The notes beneath the pieces are model-generated. The model did not search any database. It was not told where the DNA came from and saw nothing but the letters and a program-made list of their open reading frames with translations. A DNA stretch of 37,096 nt, taken from contig JBOZIK010000001.1 in NCBI GenBank assembly GCA_051453625.1, forward strand, positions 39,100,452 through 39,137,547, given 5' to 3'. The DNA is from Welwitschia mirabilis (taxonomy: Eukaryota). The position numbers and the translations under genes were made by a program. Each line of letters begins with the position of its first letter. Position 1 is the stretch's first letter. Of the stretch, positions 25,108 to 35,380 are shown one piece after another.

Positions 25108-28100
25108 ACCTTGTGATCTTGACAATAATAACCTCTTTTCCTTTACCCCTTTTGAACATTCAAGTAATTCTTCAAATCACATCCATGTCCTTAAGACACA
25201 TCATCTTGAGGACTCGACTTCAAAAATCTCACAATCCTTTCCTTTTAAAACTTTATATGCTACAAAACATAACATCTTTTCCTCTTTTGTAAAGCCAACT
25301 CTACCTTGTTCTTTTAATGATTATCCTTTTAAAAAATAAGACCTGTAATATCTAGGAACTCTAAATTGGGGTAAACCATATGTTTTTGATCCAAATCCAT
25401 GCTTAAAATTAANNNNNNNNNNNNNNNNNNNNNNNNNNNNNNNNNNNNNNNNNNNNNNNNNNNNNNNNNNNNNNNNNNNNNNNNNNNNNNNNNNNNNNNN
25501 NNNNNNNNNNNNNNNNNNNNNNNNNNNNNNNNNNNNNNNNNCAAATAATTTATATCATGAGTTTGATATGAGGTTGTTTTTTCATGAGTTATATGAATTT
25601 TTTATCTCTTGTATTACTACTAGATCTTGTGAAGCCAAAATGTTATGTGGCCATTCTAATCGAAAAAAGTATTATTTTTTAAATTAAAATCCATGTCTTG
25701 AATTGATAATAGAAAACTTCTTAATCTTATTATACATTTTAAAGATCCTTCAAAATCGTCTTAGATACTTTCTTTGAGTCCCTCCTCGCATGCCTTTTAT
25801 AATGATACTGAGGATTCATAATGTTTTTATAAGAGATTATTTGTAAATAATACTAATTACTTCTTTATCTCTTATTCGAATTTTGAAATTTGTGCTATTA
25901 AAGTTTTATATTTCTATTCCCTCTTCCTCCAATTGATTTTACTCAAAAATATTTATATACCTTTTATGCTTTATCAATTGGTAAATACTTGGTTTGGACC
26001 TTATTTCTTCAAAAGAATGTAATATCCAGAGACCATAGCCTTAGAAACAAATCCTTTCTTTTCTTTCTTTAAATAAAAGTATTGAATAAAGATTTTAGGA
26101 TTTGAATAGAGTTTACTTTTAGTTTGCATTAGTGTTTCNNNNNNNNNNNNNNNNNNNNNNNNNNNNNNNNNNNNNNNNNNNNNNNNNNNNNNNNNNNNNN
26201 NNNNNNNNNNNNNNNNNNNNNNNNNNNNNNNNNNNNNNAAAGATTTTAGGATTTGAATAGAGTTTACTTTTAGTTTGCATTAGTGTTTCCTTTTTTGCTC
26301 TTAAGTTTTTATGATTTTGACTTTAATTTTAATTTTAAGTAATAAATCAACCTCTAGATGGTTAAGTCTTTACCTTATCTTTGATAAAGTACATTCTAAT
26401 GGCTATGTTAAGATTTTTGACTTAATCACTAAAGAACTTCAAAAAGTTAATGAGCACAGGTTAAAAATATATGAGCAACATTCTGATTAAACATTATNNN
26501 NNNNNNNNNNNNNNNNNNNNNNNNNNNNNNNNNNNNNNNNNNNNNNNNNNNNNNNNNNNNNNNNNNNNNNNNNNNNNNNNNNNNNNNNNNNNNNNNNTTG
26601 ACTTAATCACTAAAGAAATTCAAAAAGTTAATGAGCACAGGTTAAAAATATATGAGCAACATTCTGATTAAACATTATAGAAGCACTAGCCTTAGAGGTT
26701 TCCCTTGATGAGGAGGACTTCTTCCCTACCATTGTCTAAATTTTCTCTTAGCTTTTAACTTTGGAGACCACTATAATATCACTTGATCATCTTTCAAACA
26801 TGACTTATGTATTGATTTCCATGATTAGTCTTTGACTTGGGCATTTTATAGTGGTAAGATTAGATTCATCCAATCTTAAGACATTCACATGTCTATGGAC
26901 TTTAGTTGAAGGAAGATGCTTTATTTTTTATTTTTNNNNNNNNNNNNNNNNNNNNNNNNNNNNNNNNNNNNNNNNNNNNNNNNNNNNNNNNNNNNNNNNN
27001 NNNNNNNNNNNNNNNNNNNNNNNNNNNNNNNNNNNNNNNNNNNNNNNNNNNNNNNNNNNNNNNNNNNNNNNNNNNNNNNNNNNNNNNNNNNNNNNNNNNN
27101 NNNNNNNNNNNNNNNNNNNNNNNNNNNNNNNNNNNNNNNNNNNNNNNNNNNNNNNNNNNNNNNNNNNNNNNNNNNNNNNNNNNAACAATGTAATATAGTA
27201 GTTGTGGGAACTCCACTAGGTGATCAGTTGACCATGCTTTACGGGTCCTTACTTTTCTAACTGTGGTTGTGCTACCCTCATCAGGGATATTTAGATAATA
27301 AAATAATAAAAACATAGGATCAGTGGTATTTCTAGATTTATTAGGGTATTACTTGATTCCTTGACACTTCATTTTTCCACATGATCATTTCATTTCTTAG
27401 GATTTAGGTGTTTGTTTTGNNNNNNNNNNNNNNNNNNNNNNNNNNNNNNNNNNNNNNNNNNNNNNNNNNNNNNNNNNNNNNNNNNNNNNNNNNNNNNNNN
27501 NNNNNNNNNNNNNNNNNNNGATAGTTAGATAATAAAATGATAAAAACATAAGATTAGTGGTATTTCTAGATTTATCAGGGTATTACTTGATTCCTTGGCA
27601 CTTTATTTTTCCACAATGATCATTTCATTTTTCAGGATTCAGGTGTTTGTTTTGAGATGTAAGAAAGAGAATTCATTCTTAAGCAACTCTTCGATCTTAT
27701 CACTTATTGTTTAAAGAATTTCATTTTTAGCATCATCATAACCATTGCCTTATCGAACAGAATTTTTTTTATACATCAAGTCATGCGTTTTTAAATCAAG
27801 TGATATTATGATTTCTTTCATGAACTCTATTAGGTTAAAATTTTTGATAGGAGGCTATCTTCTTTATGTTTCCTTATGTCCATTTTTTTTGTTTTCTTTC
27901 ATTATTTAGTTAGTTATTTTAAAGTCATTTCCATAGTTTCTTATCATTTTTGGATCTTAATGGATTCCTTCATAGTTTTTAATAAAGAATTCATTTCTTG
28001 CTTACATAAGTTCCCTTAATAATTTTATAATGTTTATTTTCAGTCTTTTGATGTTCTAAACATTGCTCTTAATCATTTTTGTGATGGTGCATTTTTTAAA

Positions 28101-29101
28101 AATTCATTGATCTGCTTAGTACATTTTCATTATCCACTTTTTTTGTCCTTGTTAGAATATTTTATACATCTCTAGTTTCCAAATCTGAACTTTTATACTC
28201 AACTTTGTACTTAAAGCTGTCCAAATTCAAAAAAACATCCATCATCTATCTTCTCACTTATGTTTGCTTTCTTTGTTTTATTATCCAATACCAGACATAT
28301 TATTTTTCTCAAGAGAAGAGGCAGGACTCATTTTCATGACTTATTTTCATAATTTTTCAAAGTTATTGTAGAGCTTTCATGAGACATAATTTTTAAAATT
28401 CTCTCTCCATACACATAAAGTGTTACATGTTGTTTTGCCATGCAATGTGTTTGAGATTATTTTTATAATTTACAGATTGATTNNNNNNNNNNNNNNNNNN
28501 NNNNNNNNNNNNNNNNNNNNNNNNNNNNNNNNNNNNNNNNNNNNNNNNNNNNNNNNNNNNNNNNNNNNNNNNNNNNNNNNNNAATTTTATAATGTTTATT
28601 TTCATTCTTTTGATGTTCTAAACATTTCTCTTAATCATTTTTCTGATGGTGCATTTTTTAAACATTCATTGATCTGCTTAGCACATTTTCATTATCCACT
28701 TTTTTTGCGCTTGTTAGAATATTTTATACATCTCTATTTTCCAAATTTGACACTTTTATACTCAACTTTGTACTTAATTCAAAAGCTGTCCAAATTCAAA
28801 AAAACATCCATCATCTGTCTTCTCACTTATGTTTGCTTTCTTTGTTTTATTATCTAATACCAGACATATTGTTTTTCTCAGGAGGAGAGGCAGGACTCAT
28901 TTTCATGACTTATTTTCATAATTTTTTAAAGTTATTTTAGAGATTTCATGAGACATAATTTTTAAAATTCTCTCTCCATACACATGAAGTGTTACATGTT
29001 GTTTTGCCATGTAATGTGTTTGAGATTATTTTTATAATTTCCAGATTAATTTTTTATAAGACAATTTAACTCGCATTTGTAGTTGTTCACTTGGTTTTTA
29101 T

Positions 29102-29132
29102 CAGGGACTGACAAAAGCTAACTGAAGGGCTA
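29102..29132 (+). other. PPT region before the 3' LTR
   Basis: CAGGGACTGACAAAAGCTAACTGAAGGGCTA directly precedes TGATGTAC and resembles the Athila 'GGGAC...AAAAGCTAAG..GGG' pattern. Confidence 0.6.
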
Positions 29133-31098
29133 TGATGTACTACCAAATTTTATATATTTAATGGGGTGTTATGATCTATTTTGTAAGACTTTTATATAGG
29201 TTTAGATGCAAATATGATGATTTTGGAAAGTTAATAGATGATCACCAAAGTACACAATTCTTGGCATATTTATAAACATTTCAAGAATTTTCTAATGCTA
29301 ATTGCTTTGGAAGAAGATCACTAATGTTAGAGCTAATTTCTCTTGAGTTGGAAAGCTAAGGAAGACTGTCGTCCCCACTATCTTTCCCACAACAGATAGG
29401 ACGACAACCCCACACATGCTAAAATAAGATGTTGACTGAATTAGAGAGGGACCAATAGAAGCTTATTTTCTAAGGGTGTCATCCTTCATGTTATCCCCAT
29501 GACATGAAGGATGATAAATCATAACATATGTACTGTCATTCCCTGGTCATCCTCATGACAACAGGGATGATACTTATAACTACTAGTCGATCTTTGACCA
29601 TTTCATCCTTTTATTTTCTATAATTAAGCATATTTTGCAGTGCCTTTAATGCAGTAATTTTACTTTGTAATCCAATAAATAAGACCTTTCTTCGATTCTT
29701 CTCTCCATCTTCATTTTCACTAGACATTCTCGTAATAGAAGATCAAAGGGCTAGGACTCCGTCTCGCGAGTTGCAGAAAGACATTCTGTTGATGAAGGGT
29801 TGTGCATCCTCCATTAAGTCTTAGCTGTTTTATAAACTAGACATTGGTTTTTTCTTAATATGAAACTATATTTTTATTGTTCATTTTAATTTTGTCATAT
29901 TTTCATTATGGTNNNNNNNNNNNNNNNNNNNNNNNNNNNNNNNNNNNNNNNNNNNNNNNNNNNNNNNNNNNNNNNNNNNNNNNNNNNNNNNNNNNNNNNN
30001 NNNNNNNNNNNNNNNNNNNNNNNNNNNNNNNNNNNNNNNNNNNNNNNNNNNNNNNNNNNNNNNNNNNNNNNNNNNNNNNNNNNNNNNNNNNNNNNNNNNN
30101 NNNNNNNNNNNNNNNNNNNNNNNNNNNNNNNNNNNNNNNNNNNNNNNNNNNNNNNNNNNNNNNNNNNNNNNNNNNNNNNNNNNNNNNNNNNNNNNNNNNN
30201 NNNNNNNNNNNNNNNNNNNNNNNNNNNNNNNNNNNNNNNNNNNNNNNNNNNNNNNNNNNNNNNNNNNNNNNNNNNNNNNNNNNNNNNNNNNNNNNNNNNN
30301 NNNNNNNNNNNNNNNNNNNNNNNNNNNNNNNNNNNNNNNNNNNNNNNNNNNNNNNNNNNNNNNNNNNNNNNNNNNNNNNNNNNNNNNNNNNNNNNNNNNN
30401 NNNNNNNNNNNNNNNNNNNNNNNNNNNNNNNNNNNNNNNNNNNNNNNNNNNNNNNNNNNNNNNNNNNNNNNNNNNNNNNNNNNNNNNNNNNNNNNNNNNN
30501 NNNNNNNNNNNNNNNNNNNNNNNNNNNNNNNNNNNNNNNNNNNNNNNNNNNNNNNNNNNNNNNNNNNNNNNNNNNNNNNNNNNNNNNNNNNNNNNNNNNN
30601 NNNNNNNNNNNNNNNNNNNNNNNNNNNNNNNNNNNNNNNNNNNNNNNNNNNNNNNNNNNNNNNNNNNNNNNNNNNNNNNNNNNNNNNNNNNNNNNNNNNN
30701 NNNNNNNNNNNNNNNNNNNNNNNNNNNNNNNNNNNNNNNNNNNNNNNNNNNNNNNNNNNNNNNNNNNNNNNNNNNNNNNNNNNNNNNNNNNNNNNNNNNN
30801 NNNNNNNNNNNNNNNNNNNNNNNNNNNNNNNNNNNNGGACAGTTTCATTAGTGATAGAGGTCTTAAGAGTAACCTTTGTTAAGGCTGAAAGAAAGTAGTT
30901 TTAGGTTCATTGCATTTAGATTTAGTTGCATTTGCATTTGTACTACATCTTTAGTTTTTGCATTGTTCTTCAATTTTGGTTACTATATTCTTTTTTAAAA
31001 TCAATCCTTATTCTTCTCTTTAAGTCTCCAATGAGATACAACATTTAGGTCACTCCCATTCATAATAGAGTGTGTATGCAAAAATACGTATTACAATA
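29133..31098 (+). repeat. 3' LTR region (29133-29912, gap, 30837-31098), possibly two LTR copies
   Basis: Collinear with the 5' LTR at roughly 80-85% identity by eye. The ~920-N gap replaces only ~20 bp of the 5' LTR alignment. Confidence 0.8.
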
Positions 31099-31123
31099 TC
31101 TTGATGTTATTATTAGGAAAGGC

Positions 31124-31488
31124 AAAGCCTGTTTTTGCTTCCCCTCGATCTCGAGGGGCCCTCCAGGACGGATCGGATTTATGAAAACAATCAGTCAGTA
31201 TGCTTGCCCATGTAGCCAGGACAAGGATTGGTGATAAGGTAAGCCCCGCATATAATCCCTACATCATATAATATAGATATATACGCCGGGGTACTCCCCT
31301 TTGGTTAAGGTGAATGTATCGCAGAACTGCCTGCTGTTCAAGTGNNNNNNNNNNNNNNNNNNNNNNNNNNNNNNNNNNNNNNNNNNNNNNNNNNNNNNNN
31401 NNNNNNNNNNNNNNNNNNNNNNNNNNNNNNNNNNNNNNNNNNNNGCCAAGCCAGGCAGGTACAATGGAAGGGTTATATAGAAAGAAGG
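31124..31488. other. CpG-rich inserted island (filler or organelle-like DNA)
   Basis: Absent from the homologous position (~21597-21604) of the first copy. It retains many CG dinucleotides and has a CCCCTCGA-TC-TCGAGGGG hairpin. Confidence 0.6.
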
Positions 31489-31654
31489 AGCATGAGGATT
31501 ATCATCGTTCAGGCAGATAAATTGGATTTTTATTTAGTTATTTATCTATAGCGACGTTGTATTTTTAATTAGGAATTGTAGGTTTTTAGTTTTTTGGTTT
31601 TTCAATTTCTTCAATATCAGTTTTCAGTTTTTTCGATATCAGTTTTATTTTTAA

Positions 31655-32014
31655 TTCTGAAAGGGCTAAATTTTAGATAAAATCAAAGTATTTTGCTAGT
31701 TGAAGGATCATAACAAAATCTTCATAAGAGAACAAATGTGCACGAGGGGCTTTCAAGTTGAAACTACTTATCCAATTTGTCAGTCTTGTACTAAAGATGC
31801 TAATCACCTGTTTCATTAATGAAAATGGAGTGACAAATTAATAACAATTATGAAGAGTAACTACAAGCTCTGTAACACATTTAACACATGCATTAATGAT
31901 GGGATTTACTTGACTTATTGGTAGATATGGCGTACAAGAAATGATTTGATTTTCAATAGCACCCCCTCCCATTTCCAATAAATATCGCTAAGAGAATCAA
32001 ATGATATCACTTAG
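31655..32014 (+). pseudogene. LINE ORF2 C-terminus (zf-RVT)
   Basis: F*KG*ILDKIKVFC*LKDHNKIFIREQMCTRGFQVETTYPICQSCTKDANHLF and YW*IWRTRNDLIFN match 'KIKxFxWL..H.K......RG......CxxC....E...HLF' and 'WxIWxxRNxxIF'. Confidence 0.85.
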
Positions 32015-32028
32015 AAATCAGAATAGCT

Positions 32029-33204
32029 ATGGGAGCAACTCCTCTTATTGAATCTTTTGATCCTAGTTTGTTTAAAATATGTCCTCAGTTGTGGGAGAAG
32101 GTGTAGGCTGTGGGTTTGGGAATCATCTTGCACAAACTGAAGGAACAACTAGGGGTTGATATTATCCCTTTCTATAGATGATGGAGAGGGCAGTGAACAA
32201 ACCTTAAGAGAATCTCCACCAAAATCACTAAAGAATTTCTCTAAACTTTTCGAAATTCTAGTAGCTAGTGAAAGAATTCCTTTTGAAAGCAGAGAATAAC
32301 AAGAGGTGCTCCACTTTTTTCTTGGTGGTGTTCCTAAGCTACCTAGTGGGCACATCAACCAAAAGGCACTTTTGCCCTTTTAAAGATTGAGTGTCGAATT
32401 CATATACCAATACTTCATTCAATCTAGAAGCTTTTAGTTGTATACTTCATATTTCTTAAAGCCTTAGATCTAGAACACCAGGTTAACCTACCATTCTTCT
32501 TCATTTAGGCATTATGTCATAAAGACACTACAAGATACTCAGGATTAATTATGGCACTTTAGAGGGTAGGTAGTGAGATTAGGATGTAAGAGGCCCCTTA
32601 TCCCTTCTCCTTCAATAATGTCCTTAAGAGACCCCTCTTAGAAAAAAACCACGGATGAAGCCTCTAACTCTAAGGAGAATGTTAAAGAGGGAAGCTCCAA
32701 CTCTCAGAAAAGGTTGACTCCACTCCTAGAACCTCAGGAAGAGAAGCCAAATTTGCCCTCAACATAGGAAGAGATAGCTCAAGAGAACTTTCCAACTGAA
32801 TCCCAGAAGAACCCCTTGACGAGACTCAAAATGACACCTACCCCTAGAAGAGTTTCAATTCCACCCAAGAGTTGACTATGGATTCTACATTAGAAGAGAT
32901 GTCGCATAACTCTTAGGAAGACATAGATATGGACACCACAAAAAGATAGGTTATTCTTGCCAAAATTCATGGGCTAAACAGATGTCCATCTGTGGCCCCA
33001 AGAATCTCTAGTAGAGCCTTATCACAAGCAATCAAGTTAAGCTATAGGAAGAAAGCGTTGACACTGCACCATAACAAGAATCAAGTAGGAGTTAAAGAAT
33101 TCAAGGAGGTTAATCACATCTTTGAGGTGCTATCTAATGAAATGGAGCACTTCCTACTAGAGCATAAGCACAACAATCTCTTTCCCTTTTGTAGGGTATA
33201 CTAA
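32029..33204 (+). pseudogene. LINE-borne ORF3 (~390 codons, stops and frameshifts): globular N-terminal domain, acidic/Pro linker, C-terminal J-domain
   Basis: ATG at 32029: MGATPLIESFDPSLFKICPQLWEKV*AVGLG..., then ...SGHINQKALLPF*RLSVEFIYQYFI..., FLKALDLEHQVNLPFFFI*ALCHKDTTRYSGLIMAL, an E/P/S-rich linker and the J-domain. Several frameshifts are needed. Confidence 0.6.
32983..33141 (+). pseudogene. DnaJ/Hsp40 J-domain (HPD motif altered to HHN)
   Basis: CPSVAPRISSRALSQAIKLSYRKKALTLHHNKNQVGVKEFKEVNHIFEVLSNE aligns with little or no gapping to xPYxVLGVxxxASxxEIKKAYRKLALxxHPDKNxxxxExFKEINxAYEVLSD. Confidence 0.85.
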
Positions 33205-33229
33205 TCCCTCATTTTTTTAGGTATTTTAC

Positions 33230-33600
33230 ATAGTTTAGTTCTAATTCTTATTAGTTCTTTTCTCAAGGGCCGCTTTCGCTCCCAATTTTAACCTGTTTAC
33301 AGTTTGTTCCTACATTTTCTATAAAATGTTCTCCTTCAAGTTAATCAGTTTACTTTGTCATGTCAAATTAGGATGATCTCGCCCCTCTTTGTAAATTCTC
33401 TATCCCCTTCAGGTTACTTGGCTAGTTTAGCTCTAGCTTCTATTAGTTTTTCCTCTCAAGGTGCTTGCGCCCCCAATTTTATTCTATTTTCAGTCTGTCT
33501 TTGAGTATCCTATAGAATCCACAGGTCGTTCGCTCACTCCGTCAAGCTAGGGTCTTTTTGCCTCCCCATGTAAATTTTCTAGTTTAATATATCTCTATTT
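33230..33600 (+). repeat. Diverged ~190-bp tandem duplication in the LINE 3'UTR
   Basis: tagtttagttctaattcttattagttcttttctcaagggccgctttcgctcccaatttta vs tagtttagctctagcttctattagtttttcctctcaaggtgcttgcgcccccaatttta. Both units run on to tgtaaatt(c/t)tcta. Confidence 0.65.
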
Positions 33601-33607
33601 CTATTTC

Positions 33608-33630
33608 AAAAAAAAAAGTAATTATAAGTT
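33608..33630 (+). other. LINE poly(A) tail (A10, 33608-33617) and right TSD (33616-33630)
   Basis: ...ctatttc AAAAAAAAAA gtaattataagtt. Base composition changes after this point. Confidence 0.75.
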
Positions 33631-34649
33631 AAAAAATGTAAGATATAATAGAAAAAACCAATTTATAGGATGAATGTTCTATAATATCTTTTATTCTTCA
33701 AAAATAAATCCCTAAGCCTAAAAAAAGTAAAATAAAAAACTAATAAAGGTAATAGTAAAATACTATATCACTCATTGTGCACTCAAGCTAATACATTAAT
33801 AAATAAATTAACAAAACCTAAACCTTATTTTTCCTTAGGCACATTCATAATATTTCAAGTAACTTTATGAAATCATTTTTTCCCTTCTACAAAAGACCAC
33901 ATAAAACTTCTAAGAACTTACTTTAGCCTTAAGTAAGCATATTTTAAGGAATCCCAATAAAAAAATAATAAACATGAGTAAAGTAATAATAAATTTATAT
34001 CAAAAATTGGCCTATAATTAAAAAAACATTTTGTCCTCATTTATTCACTTTTCTTTGAATTCTTTGTAATGTCTAATCTTATAAACTTTGAGGATGATTT
34101 TAAAATAAATAGAAACACTTAAATCTTTGATAATTCCCTCTCCTTCTAGAATGTGTCATGCATAATATAGAAGATATTGATAATATGTCTCCACTTGTTA
34201 TATAAACTAAATACTTTTTCTAGTTTATATCACCTCTTGATAATTAATAATACTACTAAAAATGAATAAAAAGATAACCAATAAATTATTGATCATTTTC
34301 CACTATAAAGAAAGAATCATTACCAAAAATGTAAATTTAGTAACTTGTGAGAAGCATTATCCAAATAAATTTCCCTCACTAATTTGATGTTAAAAAGCAA
34401 GACAAATAAAATCAACTACAATTATGAAAAGATATGGATGAAGGAATGACCTTTCTTAACTATAAAGAGAATAAGAAATGTCAAACTTATTCCCTAAGAA
34501 GTAGTAATAAAATAATTTCCATGTAGAAATAAGCATTTCACAATATGAAGAAATTATGATTCAAAATCAAATTTCTTCATGAAGAAAAGAATAAAATCCT
34601 ATTTAACTTCATTATATGGTTTAGCATAATCAATTTTGATAAAGATGAT

Positions 34650-34778
34650 GCCGGGCGCCCAGGACCCAAGCAAAAGCAAAAGGGAAGGCCCTTTACCCTT
34701 TTGTTTAGGAATAGGGAGATTCTGATCGGGGTAGCAGATGCTAAACAAGCTATTATGGAATAGTGCAGGTCCTTATCC
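34650..34778. other. GC-rich island replacing part of the minus-strand LINE RT
   Basis: gccgggcgcccaggaccc... with a CAAAAGGG/CCCTTTTG stem. RT motifs stop and resume at its edges. Confidence 0.55.
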
Positions 34779-35380
34779 TTAGTGTATAGGATATCAAATA
34801 GAATTCTTTTAAGTTAATGAGGTAGGTAGTTATCTCAAATATTGTAAGTCACATTTAATAATGTAACGAACCATATAAGTTACATTAAATAAGGATCATC
34901 TAATTTAGGTAACAAATAATGTTACCTTTGTTAATATGATGACTAAATGATCCATAGTAAATGCCCTCCTTACCCTCCTTAATGACATTAAGACAATCAT
35001 AACTTAACATATCCTAGTTTTCTTTATGAAAGTTCACTAGAAAACCATTAAAACTAGGTTCTTTTTCATTGGTTGTATCTAAATAAGATACTTTTAATTC
35101 TACAAAAGTAATATTAGAATCTAACACTTACCACATTTTAGTACTAATTACTAGAGAAAGGAATAAAGAAAGATGACCAAACTTATTATGGTTGATAAAA
35201 TTCTCTTTTTGAAAATAATAATAATAATAATATCATTGTGATTAGAAATGATCTAGCCATTAATCTTTAAAGAACTAATTAGAGGCTCACTATTTAAAGG
35301 ATTTATAAATTTAAAAAATTATTTAGAATTATCATGTTGAGTTATGAATCATTAAAGCCCAATTTTAGAAGACCACTCTC

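Larger units (their letters stand above)
20524..31650 (+). mobile_element. Non-autonomous Athila-like LTR retrotransposon (LARD-like) inserted in LINE ORF2, followed by a second PBS/leader copy
   Basis: Paired ~1-kb LTRs, tRNA-Asp-type PBS and PPT. No RT/RH/INT motifs in the visible ~7.5-kb internal region. Confidence 0.8.
17471..33617 (+). mobile_element. Plant L1-clade LINE with both ends present, interrupted by an LTR element, RT core missing, carrying an extra ORF3
   Basis: In order: 5'UTR, DUF4283/zinc-knuckle ORF1, APE endonuclease, [LTR insertion], zf-RVT, ORF3, 3'UTR, A10 tail, 15-bp TSD. Confidence 0.8.

Noticed and set aside
25062-25292. ORF with a signal-peptide-like poly-Leu
   Set aside because: The poly-Leu comes from the (CTTCTA)5 microsatellite.
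3654-30882. Long ORFs in the supplied track (e.g. 3654-4532, 19277-19879, 23974-24511, 26851-27315, 29877-30882)
   Set aside because: They are open only because they run through N gaps.
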